From assembly GCA_036504975.1 (NCBI GenBank), contig DASXUF010000173.1, positions 2,745 through 66,744 of the forward strand: 64,000 nt of DNA. Reading direction: 5' to 3'. The translations under genes and the position numbers were made by a program. The DNA is from Candidatus Binatia bacterium (lineage in GTDB: Bacteria > Desulfobacterota > Binatia > UBA9968). Shown piece by piece: positions 1 through 8,579 of the stretch. The notes under the pieces are model-generated. The model was not told the DNA's origin and ran no database searches. It saw nothing but the letters and a program-made list of their open reading frames with translations. Every line of letters starts with the position of its first letter. Within the stretch, counting starts at the first letter, position 1.

Positions 1-193
1 GGGCGGCTCCATCTTGATCCAGTTGGTGCTGGAAAATTCGTAGACCGACGTTCGCGGGTGATCGTGCCAGTCCTTGCACGCGTGAACGCACTGGCGGCAG
101 CCGATGCACTTGGAGGCGTCGAAAAGAATCGTTCTCGGCTTGCCGTCGAGCAGTTTCGCGGTCGGTATCAACGTGCCGTATTTTTCACTCATA
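1..193 (-). CDS. 4Fe-4S dicluster ferredoxin-type protein, N-terminal 64 codons (continues beyond window start)
   Basis: Reverse complement of 1-193 reads MSEKYGTLIPTAKLLDGKPRTILFDASKCIGCRQCVHACKDWHDHPRTSVYEFSSTNWIKMEPP. CIGCRQCVHAC is a classic CxxCxxCxxxC Fe-S motif of HybA/FdhB-like electron-transfer subunits. Not in the ORF track because no stop lies in the window. Confidence 0.5.
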
Positions 194-332
194 GGGTGAT
201 CTCCGTTGTAAGCGGAATGATATTAGTGTCCCCGTTCCGATGCTGTCAAGGCTTTTGGCGATGTCCGTTTGACAACCGCCCTCATCTGCGAGAGAAAGAT
301 TAAGTAACAACAACAGCGGGAGGATATTTTCG

Positions 333-1268
333 ATGAGCGACAAGAAAAAATTGAGAATCATTTACCGATCCAACGCCCACGCGCCTCTTTGGGTCGTCGC
401 CGAGAAGAGCGGGATATGGGGAGAGAACGGTTTGGAAGTGGACACCAGTCCTCAGTTGGTCCGTGAAAAAGCCGTCGAGACGCTTAAGAGCGGAAGCACG
501 GACCTGATCTCCGGAAATCACCATAATCTTTACGAAAGAAACGCCCGCGGGGAAGACTTCGTGCACTTGGCCCAGGCGGCCAACACCTGGACGGACAATT
601 TCCTGGTCGTGAAGAACGGCATCAAGAGCGTTCAGGACCTGCGCGGGAAAACCATCGTCGTCGATAAACCGAGCTCCCATTCGGGACTCAACGTCTGGCT
701 CTTTTTGCGCCAGGAGGGACTCGACGTCGATCGTGGCGACGTCGAAATCGTAAGCTGTCCCGGGCCCGCAGAGGAAAGATACAATCGTGTCCTTCAGGGG
801 GAATTCGGCGCTACGTTCGTTTGCATTCCCCATGACGCGCGCGTGGCCAAGGCCGGCGGCCGCGTCATTCCCGTGCGCGCCATGCCGATGATCCGCGGCG
901 TCACGCTCACGACGACCATGACTTTTGTGAAGAGCCACGAAGAGGAAATCCGGCGCCTGATTCGCGGCTTCGTGGATACAATCCACTTCTTTCTCACCCG
1001 CAAGGAAGAGACGATCAAGATCTTAAAGAACCACTTGCCCGCCGCTCTCGGCATCAAAACGGACGAAGAAGTCCACGCTTTGTACGGCGAGTGGGAGCAA
1101 TCGCTGGAGCGTAAGCCATATCCGTCGATGGAGGCGATGGCCAACGTGTTTCAACTGGCAGTGCGCCGCAATCCCGAGGTTGCCAGCTACAATCCCGTGG
1201 CGATGTGGGACACGCACTATGTCCGCGAGCTGGACGACAGCGGATATATCGACAAGCTGTATCAATAG
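333..1268 (+). CDS. NMT1/THI5-like (SsuA/TauA family) ABC-type substrate-binding protein, no signal peptide evident
   Basis: 311-aa ORF with NMT1-like SBP architecture (DLRGKTIVVDKPSSHSGLNVWLFLRQEGLD). ATG follows GGGAGG-like RBS. Confidence 0.7.
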   Translation: MSDKKKLRIIYRSNAHAPLWVVAEKSGIWGENGLEVDTSPQLVREKAVETLKSGSTDLISGNHHNLYERNARGEDFVHLAQAANTWTDNFLVVKNGIKSVQDLRGKTIVVDKPSSHSGLNVWLFLRQEGLDVDRGDVEIVSCPGPAEERYNRVLQGEFGATFVCIPHDARVAKAGGRVIPVRAMPMIRGVTLTTTMTFVKSHEEEIRRLIRGFVDTIHFFLTRKEETIKILKNHLPAALGIKTDEEVHALYGEWEQSLERKPYPSMEAMANVFQLAVRRNPEVASYNPVAMWDTHYVRELDDSGYIDKLYQ

Positions 1269-1344
1269 GAATTAGGAATTACGGGTTAGGAGTTGGGGTT
1301 CGCAGTTGCCCATTCCCAATTCCTAACTCCCGATTCCCGTCCAT

Positions 1345-2409
1345 TCATCGCGCCCCCGGAAAGATTTCCCGGTACTGATTCCCGATCGCGTTATAGCGCC
1401 GGCCGATGTCGAGGATGTTGGGCATGCGGATGTCCAGTCCCTCGACCATCTGCGCTTCTTTTCCCCTGACTTGGCTGTGCGCCGCCATGCGGTTGGTCGA
1501 GACGATGACGCGCTGGCCGTCTTCCGAGAGCAGATAATCGATGAAGAGCGCGCCGGCGTGCGGGTGCGGCGCTCCTTGCGCGAGAAAGACGAGACTGGGG
1601 CTGTAGAAGAGCGGCTGGATGGGAGCGAACCAAACCGGAGCCCCCTGGCCGGCGAACGTCAGCACCGAATTCAAATTAGTCTCGACGGTCATGTCGAACT
1701 CGCCGGCGGCGACGAGCTGGCTCGCGAGGCGCCGGCCGCGGACGTGTCTTAGATCCTGCTCGTTCAGTTTCTTCATGAAGCGGAGCCCCGCTTCTTCGCC
1801 GAGAAACTGCATCATCGTCCCGAACCACACGTAGGACTGGCTGTCCATCGCGAGCTTGCCTTTCCAGCGCGGCTTCAAGAGATCGTCGAGCTTCGTCGGC
1901 GCTTCCTCCTTCTTTACCAGTCGCGTGTTGTAGGCGCTCACCATGACGTTCGTCAGGTAAGCGGTCCAGTAACCCTCCTTGTCTTTGAATCCCTCGCGGA
2001 AAAATTCCCTCTGCGGCGAGCGATAACGCGCCATCATTTTCTTGTCCATCAGCGCCAGCATGCCGAGCTGGCCGCTGTCGATCACGTCCGACACCACCTT
2101 CCCCGCGCGAGCTTCCGCTTCCACGCGCGTAATGATGCCCGCGCCCGAGATGCGAACCGGACTCGCTTTGATGAAAGGATATTTTTTCATAAAGTTGTCC
2201 GCGACGGCCTGCGCCGCGGCCGAGTCCAGGTTGCCATAAGCGATGACTTCGCCTTCTTTGCGCGCCGCCTCGACCAGCCGGGCTTGCCGCTCCTGCCGCG
2301 GAACGGAATCAAGCCAGGCGAGCCTGGATTCCGTCGTCTGGCCGTAAAGATGAGGCACGCCGGGAAGAAGGCAAAGTAGAAAACTAAACCACGCGCTTCG
2401 CTTCGCCAT
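1345..2409 (-). CDS. extracellular solute-binding protein family 1 (Fe3+/AfuA-like ABC SBP) with signal peptide
   Basis: Real start is MAKRSAWFSFLLCLLPG, the in-frame ATG at 2409 (cat at 2407-2409). Motifs KGKLAMDS and PHPHAGALFIDYLLS. The 724-aa track ORF is an artefactual 5' extension. Confidence 0.75.
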   Translation of the reverse strand: MAKRSAWFSFLLCLLPGVPHLYGQTTESRLAWLDSVPRQERQARLVEAARKEGEVIAYGNLDSAAAQAVADNFMKKYPFIKASPVRISGAGIITRVEAEARAGKVVSDVIDSGQLGMLALMDKKMMARYRSPQREFFREGFKDKEGYWTAYLTNVMVSAYNTRLVKKEEAPTKLDDLLKPRWKGKLAMDSQSYVWFGTMMQFLGEEAGLRFMKKLNEQDLRHVRGRRLASQLVAAGEFDMTVETNLNSVLTFAGQGAPVWFAPIQPLFYSPSLVFLAQGAPHPHAGALFIDYLLSEDGQRVIVSTNRMAAHSQVRGKEAQMVEGLDIRMPNILDIGRRYNAIGNQYREIFPGAR

Positions 2410-2420
2410 ACTTTCCTCCG

Positions 2421-3434
2421 TTATAAGTATCCCTGCTCCCGATAGTATTTCTTCGCCCCGGGATGCAGCGGGATCGTGAGCGGCCCGCTCTCGCTGCCGC
2501 GGCAGAACTCTTCCATCGTCATCGTCGTGCGGTCGAGGTGATCGGCCTCGATCTTGTCGCGGCAGCGGTCGATCGCCTTGGCCATCGTGTAGGCGATCGC
2601 TGCGGCGAGTTTTTGCCGGCAGAAGAAAACCCAGCCGCTGAAATCGACCGTGGCGATTTCCCGCTCCAAGCCGGGAAACGCGGCATTCGTGAGCGGGGCG
2701 CCGCCGAAACCCAGCCGCTGCATTTTTCTCAGCACGTCGTCGCGCACCGGCAGGAACTTCATTCCCGATCCCAGCGCAAGCGCGCCCCAGCTCTTGATCC
2801 CCTCGTCGAAGACCGCATGAACCTTTCCCGAGCGGATTTGCTCCGCGCGCGCCGGGTCGCTCGGGCTCTGGGCGCGGAGAACCTGGCCGCCCCATTTCGC
2901 GATGTCCTCGAAGCTGAAGCCGTGGGCCTTCAGGATCTCGTTGATGACGTAGAGCGTCGTGTGATATTTGCCGCCGGCGCGCGTGGAGACGACCAGCGGA
3001 TATCTTTTTTCTTTGATATCGTCGAGAGAGTGAATTCCGGAATCTTTCCGTACGGCGAAAGCGAGCCGATCCCAGGAAGGAAAGACGCCGATGGCCCGCA
3101 GATTCAGTTTTTTCTTGTACGGTCCGACGCCGAGCAGCGCCATGCGCGCGAGGCCCGCCGGATTGGCGAAGCCGAAGTCGTATTTCTTTTGATTCACAAG
3201 AAGGGGAATCGCCGTACCGCCGAGCTCCGAGTCCCGATATCCCATCCCGAGGTTGACCTGCGAGGTGGGCGATAGCGTCGCGCAACGGTAAAACGAATAA
3301 GCGACGTCGCGCGCGATTTCCGCTCGCCTGGAGGTCGTCGCGATGGAAATACTTGTTTCGCGACTCACGACGCGGCTCGCCGGGCTTTCGATGGCGCGAG
3401 GTGCCTGGCGAAGAAATCCAGCGTCCGCGGCCAT
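2421..3434 (-). CDS. TAXI-family TRAP transporter solute receptor-like protein, N-terminus atypical (no signal peptide)
   Basis: C-terminal PLHPGAKKYYREQGYL and central NLGMGYRDSELGGTAIPLLVN match the TAXI fold. The 5' end overlaps the upstream hydrolase gene by ~70 nt, so the true start may be an internal GTG/TTG. Confidence 0.55.
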   Translation of the reverse strand: MAADAGFLRQAPRAIESPASRVVSRETSISIATTSRRAEIARDVAYSFYRCATLSPTSQVNLGMGYRDSELGGTAIPLLVNQKKYDFGFANPAGLARMALLGVGPYKKKLNLRAIGVFPSWDRLAFAVRKDSGIHSLDDIKEKRYPLVVSTRAGGKYHTTLYVINEILKAHGFSFEDIAKWGGQVLRAQSPSDPARAEQIRSGKVHAVFDEGIKSWGALALGSGMKFLPVRDDVLRKMQRLGFGGAPLTNAAFPGLEREIATVDFSGWVFFCRQKLAAAIAYTMAKAIDRCRDKIEADHLDRTTMTMEEFCRGSESGPLTIPLHPGAKKYYREQGYL

Positions 3435-4090
3435 GCGGCGGCGGCTGATTGCGGCCGGTATTTACTGCCGTAGGGATCCATGAACGCGTGGCCGGTGGCG
3501 GCGTAAGAATAAAATTCATGGACCTTGCCGTGCTTCGTCAGCTCCGCGTCGAGCTTGCGCACGTCTTCCGGCGACGGGTTTTCATCTTCCACGCCGAAAT
3601 GGCCCATGATCGGGCAATGGATCTCGGGCGTGCGCTCAAACGGCGACGGTCCGTCGCCCCAAGGCGAGAAGGCGTTGCCGCCGTAGTGATCAACCGCGGC
3701 TTTGATTGCAGGGCCGGCGGAGGCCATCAAATACGAAACGCGGCCGCCCATGCAAAAGCCGACAATTCCGAGTCGATCGCCGTCCACCGACGGCTGCCGC
3801 TGGAGAAACTCTGCCGTCGCGTTGACGTCGCTGATGACCGTTCGGTCGCGGAGTCTTTCTCTCTTCGTCGGAGCGTCGTCTTTGCAGTCGGGGCTCTCCC
3901 GATAATAAAGATCGGGCGCAGCGGCAACGTAGCCTTCGGCGGCAAGCCGTTGGGTGAACTCCTCGATGAAGCGATCGACTCCCTTCTGGCCCTGAATCAC
4001 GACGATGCCCGGAAACGGACCCGATCCATCGGGGCGGCTTACGTAAAGATTCATCGTTCCATCGTTAGTCTTTGTCGATTCCCAGCCCAT
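3365..4090 (-). CDS. dienelactone hydrolase family protein
   Basis: 241 aa. GFCMGG nucleophile elbow, catalytic His near the C-terminus (ATGHAF); DLH-family length. Confidence 0.8.
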   Translation of the reverse strand: MGWESTKTNDGTMNLYVSRPDGSGPFPGIVVIQGQKGVDRFIEEFTQRLAAEGYVAAAPDLYYRESPDCKDDAPTKRERLRDRTVISDVNATAEFLQRQPSVDGDRLGIVGFCMGGRVSYLMASAGPAIKAAVDHYGGNAFSPWGDGPSPFERTPEIHCPIMGHFGVEDENPSPEDVRKLDAELTKHGKVHEFYSYAATGHAFMDPYGSKYRPQSAAAAWPRTLDFFARHLAPSKARRAAS

Positions 4091-4109
4091 AACAAACCTC
4101 CATGTCCGT

Positions 4110-5081
4110 TCAGCGTTTGATTTCCAATTCCTTTTTGACCTCGGCGGCGAGCCGCAGGCTCAAAAACTTCTCCGGCGCCACATCTTCCTTTATTTTAAGC
4201 GGCGCCTTCACGTCAAACTCGATAACGTTTTTTATTCCCTGCGGCGACGGCAGTCCGGGAACGCCGTCCGGCAGAGCTTTCGCAAAAAGGCGCACGCCTT
4301 CGACCAGCATCGGCCGGGTGAGATTTCCTAACGGCAGCTTCTTTTGCGCGATGTCAGCCGCTTCTTCCGGCTTTTGCCGGATGAAGACCAGCGCGCGCAT
4401 CATCGCCCTGAGCCACCTTTTGATCTCGCCGGGCTTCTCCGCGATCTTCTTGTCCGTCGTCAGAAATCCCTGAAAAGGGTAAGGGAAAAGATCGCCGATG
4501 AAGGCGAGGGTATTCAACCCTTCTTTTTCGCCGAGCAGCGCCTCGTCTCCATTGACGACAGCGGCCTGAACTGCGCCGGTTTTGAGCGAGAGGAACGTCG
4601 TGACGGTATTTCGCGACGGCATCGCGACGCGCGTAACGTCGCGCGCCGACAAACCGTTGCGCTCGACCAGCATCGTGAGCAGCGTGTCCTGCGTGTCGCC
4701 GATCGTTCCGACCGCGATCCTTTTTCCCTTGAGATCGGAAATTTTTCGAATTTCGGGGGCGGTCAGCAGGTACCAGGTGACTTTTTCCGTCTGGAACATG
4801 ATCGCTTTGATCGGCGCGCCCCGTAGCGCCGCGCGCATCCCGCTTCCGCCCGCGCCGCTGTAATCCACTTCGCCGCTCACAAGCGCGGCGATCGCCGTCG
4901 TTCCTGGAATCACGATCGTTTCATTTTCCAGGTTCTCGTCGCGAAAGAACCCCTTCACTTCCGCCACCGGCACCGAGAGATAATTGAGCGTCGCCCGCGG
5001 TGTGATCGTCCGAACTTTCTCGGCGTAGACAGGTATTGCCAGCACGGTGATGGAAAGAGTTATCAAGAGGCGCACAACCAT
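4110..5081 (-). CDS. NMT1/THI5-like ABC substrate-binding protein with signal peptide
   Basis: Start refined to MVVRLLITLSITVLAIPVYA (cat at 5079-5081); SBP fold motifs follow. Confidence 0.7.
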   Translation of the reverse strand: MVVRLLITLSITVLAIPVYAEKVRTITPRATLNYLSVPVAEVKGFFRDENLENETIVIPGTTAIAALVSGEVDYSGAGGSGMRAALRGAPIKAIMFQTEKVTWYLLTAPEIRKISDLKGKRIAVGTIGDTQDTLLTMLVERNGLSARDVTRVAMPSRNTVTTFLSLKTGAVQAAVVNGDEALLGEKEGLNTLAFIGDLFPYPFQGFLTTDKKIAEKPGEIKRWLRAMMRALVFIRQKPEEAADIAQKKLPLGNLTRPMLVEGVRLFAKALPDGVPGLPSPQGIKNVIEFDVKAPLKIKEDVAPEKFLSLRLAAEVKKELEIKR

Positions 5082-5085
5082 TGCC

Positions 5086-5553
5086 TTAGCTTCGCGACGG
5101 TCCAATGCCGCCTGCTGCGAGAAGTCGCTGACGGTTCCTAAACCACTTGGAGGCCCGCTCGTTCCAAGGCCAGATGCCGTCTGTCGTGGGATATACCACC
5201 TGGAGCGTCTTAAATTGATCGCCGCCATAAAGCCATCGATTCCAACCGAGATACTCTGGGTAGTGCTCTGACCCTACCGGCACAAAGAGCACCTCGAAAC
5301 CTTCGAGGAAACCGGGGTAAAGGCGATCCGTCTCAAATGACTCACCTGAACGTATGCGGCTGTTATATTCGTTGATGGTGAAATGAGCGATGTCTTTCTT
5401 TAGGCCGATGACAATTACTTCAGGTGCGCCTGAAGACTTTTGGATTCCAACTGAATACGAGAAGGGAGGAAGATCCCCTTCTTCGAGTACATGTATAATA
5501 TGGCATCCGTGCTGCGCGATGTCCGCTAGGACCTTTTCGTCGTTTGAGTCCAT
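5086..5553 (-). CDS. DUF4262 domain protein
   Basis: 155 aa; first gene of the minus-strand SBP operon. Confidence 0.5.
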   Translation of the reverse strand: MDSNDEKVLADIAQHGCHIIHVLEEGDLPPFSYSVGIQKSSGAPEVIVIGLKKDIAHFTINEYNSRIRSGESFETDRLYPGFLEGFEVLFVPVGSEHYPEYLGWNRWLYGGDQFKTLQVVYPTTDGIWPWNERASKWFRNRQRLLAAGGIGPSRS

Positions 5554-5698
5554 CTCGGACCTTCTTGGGAATCGGCGGAGTTCCTTGAGCTGGAGCGGGG
5601 TGACGATCGTCGTCGATATTTTTGTACGGGGATTTGTCGCCGCCGACGCCTTTTAAGCCAACTTGCGTTTCGGATGTGCCCGGCCCGCTTCGTCCAGA

Positions 5699-5896
5699 TT
5701 ACTTCTCGGCGGCGCGTCGCCATTTTTTGCGAAGCTCTGCCGCCACTTCCGCGTGCGTCATCGTCCGGCCTGCTTTAGCATCGGCGCGGCCTTTGTCGAT
5801 TTCCTGCAGCACGTAGAGATGGTACAGGACTTCGTCCACGCTGCAATCGTTGGGGAGACGATCCAGGAGAGCTCGCACGGTTTCTTTAGCTTTCAT
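5699..5896 (-). CDS. small hypothetical protein (65 aa), possible antitoxin-like DNA-binding protein
   Basis: Compact ORF between DUF4262 and an SBP gene. Charged helical C-terminus (HAEVAAELRKKWRRAAEK). No firm family. Confidence 0.3.
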   Translation of the reverse strand: MKAKETVRALLDRLPNDCSVDEVLYHLYVLQEIDKGRADAKAGRTMTHAEVAAELRKKWRRAAEK

Positions 5897-5975
5897 ATCG
5901 TGTAATCCTTGGGGTGAATCCTACATGATCCGAGGCTTCTCTTCCACCTGTAGCCGATCTCTGCCGGCAGGCTAT

Positions 5976-6974
5976 CTATCTCCCCACTCCCACTTCCTTC
6001 TGCGCTTCTCTGAGCAGCGAGAAATCTACCAGCTTGGCGATCGGCGGGGCTTCTTTGAGGTTGAGCGGGGTAACGATCGTGTCGTTGATATTTTTGCGCA
6101 GCGATTCGTCGCTGGCGCCGCCGGGATCGCGCGGGTCGATGGCGCGGATGCAGACGGCCGACGCACCCTCGGCCACGTCTCGCGGATGATTGAACTCCTG
6201 CATCGCGATCTTGATCGTCTCCTCCCTCTTGTTCAGCATAAAGAGAAGCGCTTTCACCATCGCCCGCGTCCAGCGCTTGATCTTGTCGCGCTCCTGCGCG
6301 AGCTTGGCGTCGGTCGTGGCGTAGCCGGCCCACGGCCACGCGCCCATCTCCGCCAGCGAAGCCAGCTCGTTGAAGCCCTTTTTCTTCAGCAGAAAGGCTG
6401 CGTCGGGATTGAACGCGCGCGCGTGGATGATCTTCTGCTGCATCGCCAGCACGGAGGTCTCGGAGCCGCCGGTGGAAAAGAACGTCACGTCCTTTTTGGG
6501 GTTGAGTCCATGATGTTCGAGCACCATGCTGGCCGCCAGCTCGGTGCTGCTTCCCGGAGAGGTGATGCCGATGACTTTGCCTTTCAGGTCTTGAACCTTT
6601 TTGATCTCCGGAGCGCCGATCAGAACGAACGTCGATCGCTGGTGCGTGAAGAAGATTCCTTTAAGCGGCGCGCCTCGGGCCGCGGCTCTCATCGCCGAGC
6701 CGGCGGCGCCTGCGACGTCGAGCTCGCCGCCCATAAGTGCCGTAATAACGATGCTCGTATTGACAACCAGCCACTGCACTTCCAGCCCTTCTTCTTTGAA
6801 CAGGCCGGCGCGCATGCCGACGAAGAGCGGCAGGTAGCCGTAGTCTTTGGTGGACATGGCGACGCGGACTCTTTCCAGCGCCGGCGCGGCTGCGGACTCA
6901 CGCGGTAAGTTTGAAGACGAGGCCAATATGAAAAACGCCAACGCTGAAAAGATCCTGCAGGAGACTTTGTTCAT
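5976..6974 (-). CDS. NMT1/THI5-like ABC substrate-binding protein with signal peptide
   Basis: Start refined to MNKVSCRIFSALAFFILASS (cat at 6972-6974). Paralogous to 4110-5081 (same GxxDxxGAxGSxMRAAxRGAPxK block). Confidence 0.7.
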   Translation of the reverse strand: MNKVSCRIFSALAFFILASSSNLPRESAAAPALERVRVAMSTKDYGYLPLFVGMRAGLFKEEGLEVQWLVVNTSIVITALMGGELDVAGAAGSAMRAAARGAPLKGIFFTHQRSTFVLIGAPEIKKVQDLKGKVIGITSPGSSTELAASMVLEHHGLNPKKDVTFFSTGGSETSVLAMQQKIIHARAFNPDAAFLLKKKGFNELASLAEMGAWPWAGYATTDAKLAQERDKIKRWTRAMVKALLFMLNKREETIKIAMQEFNHPRDVAEGASAVCIRAIDPRDPGGASDESLRKNINDTIVTPLNLKEAPPIAKLVDFSLLREAQKEVGVGR

Positions 6975-7096
6975 GCCTTGGAGTCCTTCTGTCATCCTGG
7001 AGCCCTTCGGCTTCGCTCAGGGTAAACTCCGCGAAGGATCTCTCTTTTTCTTCGGAGAGATTCTTCGGCTTCGCCTCAGAATGACATTCTTTGTCC

Positions 7097-7522
7097 CTAA
7101 GCTGTTTTCTGCGGCGGCGCGAAATGAAGCTCCAGATAATTTCCCTCGCTGTCGAACATGTAGATTGTCTTGCCGCTGTTGCGCTCGACGATGCGATGAA
7201 ACTTCTTTAGCTCTTTAGCCTTCTTTAGAGCTTCTTCGTACTCATTCCAGTCCATCTCGAACGCCTGGTGCGCGATGCCGTCCTGGTCGAGCGCGTCTCT
7301 CTGAATCGGCTTCGGCCGCTCGAACAGGACGACGTCGTCGTCGCCACAGCGCAAACGGTCCAGCCGCTGTACTTTGCCGTGAATTTCCAGGGCGTCGGGA
7401 TTTTTCGGATTGCCGCCGACGCGCCCCATGAACTCCATGCCCAGGACCTTGGTATAAAATTCCTGCGCCCGGTCGATATCATCGACCGGAATTCCGACGT
7501 GGTAGAGTTTCGTGACTTTCAT
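7097..7522 (-). CDS. VOC family protein (glyoxalase/bleomycin-resistance/dioxygenase fold)
   Basis: 141 aa. MKVTKLYHVGIPVDDIDRAQEFYTKVLGMEF is a typical VOC N-terminal module. Confidence 0.7.
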   Translation of the reverse strand: MKVTKLYHVGIPVDDIDRAQEFYTKVLGMEFMGRVGGNPKNPDALEIHGKVQRLDRLRCGDDDVVLFERPKPIQRDALDQDGIAHQAFEMDWNEYEEALKKAKELKKFHRIVERNSGKTIYMFDSEGNYLELHFAPPQKTA

Positions 7523-7555
7523 CGTTTTCCTCCTTCCAACTATTCACTTTCTTGC

Positions 7556-8563
7556 TTACTGTAGAAATAACTTCGCGTATTCCTTTCTCTTCTCCGCAAA
7601 AGCCGCCGTGTCCAGCTCGTCCATCTCGATGACTTGAATCTTATCAGCATCGGCGAGCGGCGGATAGATTCCTTTGCGGGTCACAAATTCGCCCATCCTG
7701 GCGATGGCCTTCATGCTTTCTTCGTTGAGAAAAAAATCGATAAAGACTTTGGCCGCATTCGGATGAGCGGCCTTGTTGTCGAGAGCGATGTAATGGCCGT
7801 GGCCGAGCATCTTATCCTGCCGCACGTAATCCATCGGCGCGCCCTTCTGGCCGAAGGCCACGACATATTTCAGGTAGGTGATACCCAGCGGCGTCTCGCC
7901 GGTCGTGATGCGCTCGGCGGCGTTCAGCACACCCTCCACGATCACCGGTTTGGTGGCCGCGAGATCGCGAATATATTTTTCCGCCTTATCTTTGCCCATG
8001 AGCTTGTAGAGGCTCGCCGGCCAACTGGCCGCGATCACGCCGCGAGTGGGATCGGGCATCGCCAACTTGCCTTTGTATTCCGGCCTCAGCAGGTCTTCGA
8101 GGGATTTCGGCGCCGCCTCCGGCTTCATGATGCTCTTGTTGTAGACGATCCCCACGACGCCCGTGCGATATCTCGGCCCAAGCTCGGGGTGGATCAGGTT
8201 TTGCGGAAAATCTTTGCCGGCCGGCGAGCCGTATTTTGCGAAAATATTTTCTTTAAGAAGGATCAGCATCGGGCCGGAATTGGTCGCTACCACGTCGGAG
8301 ATCACCTTGCCGGCCCGGTGCTCGGTGACGACGCGGTCCGTGACCGAGGCGGCCGACGCCCGCCAGTAGTCTACGGTTATGCCGGTTTTCTTTTCGAAGG
8401 ATTTCTTGATGTCCTCGAAGATGTCCTGCTCCATCGATCCATAGACCACGACCTTACCCTCTTTTTTGCCTTCGGCGATGAGCTTGGCGTCCTGGGCCAA
8501 GAGCGGCTGCGTCAGGCAAAGTAGAAAAAAGACAATCGCGCCGCTCATTGTCCGATCACTCAT
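7556..8563 (-). CDS. extracellular solute-binding protein family 1 (Fe3+-type ABC SBP) with signal peptide
   Basis: 335 aa. Signal peptide AIVFFLLCLTQPLLAQ. Motifs KGKLAMPDP and HPNAAKVFIDFFL. Confidence 0.75.
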   Translation of the reverse strand: MSDRTMSGAIVFFLLCLTQPLLAQDAKLIAEGKKEGKVVVYGSMEQDIFEDIKKSFEKKTGITVDYWRASAASVTDRVVTEHRAGKVISDVVATNSGPMLILLKENIFAKYGSPAGKDFPQNLIHPELGPRYRTGVVGIVYNKSIMKPEAAPKSLEDLLRPEYKGKLAMPDPTRGVIAASWPASLYKLMGKDKAEKYIRDLAATKPVIVEGVLNAAERITTGETPLGITYLKYVVAFGQKGAPMDYVRQDKMLGHGHYIALDNKAAHPNAAKVFIDFFLNEESMKAIARMGEFVTRKGIYPPLADADKIQVIEMDELDTAAFAEKRKEYAKLFLQ

Positions 8564-8579
8564 TTCGCCTCCCTGAATC

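Noticed and set aside
58-303. 81-aa plus-strand ORF at window start
   Set aside because: The opposite strand encodes a far more convincing 4Fe-4S ferredoxin-type N-terminus (CIGCRQCVHAC) starting at 193. The plus-strand ORF has no features and an odd composition.
1345-3519. 724-aa minus-strand ORF
   Set aside because: Only the C-terminal 354 codons (start ATG at 2409, signal peptide, SBP motifs) are a real gene. The upstream 370 codons are a GC-rich alternative frame running through the TAXI gene (Arg/Pro/Gly-rich junk) and overlap the better-supported 2421-3434 ORF.
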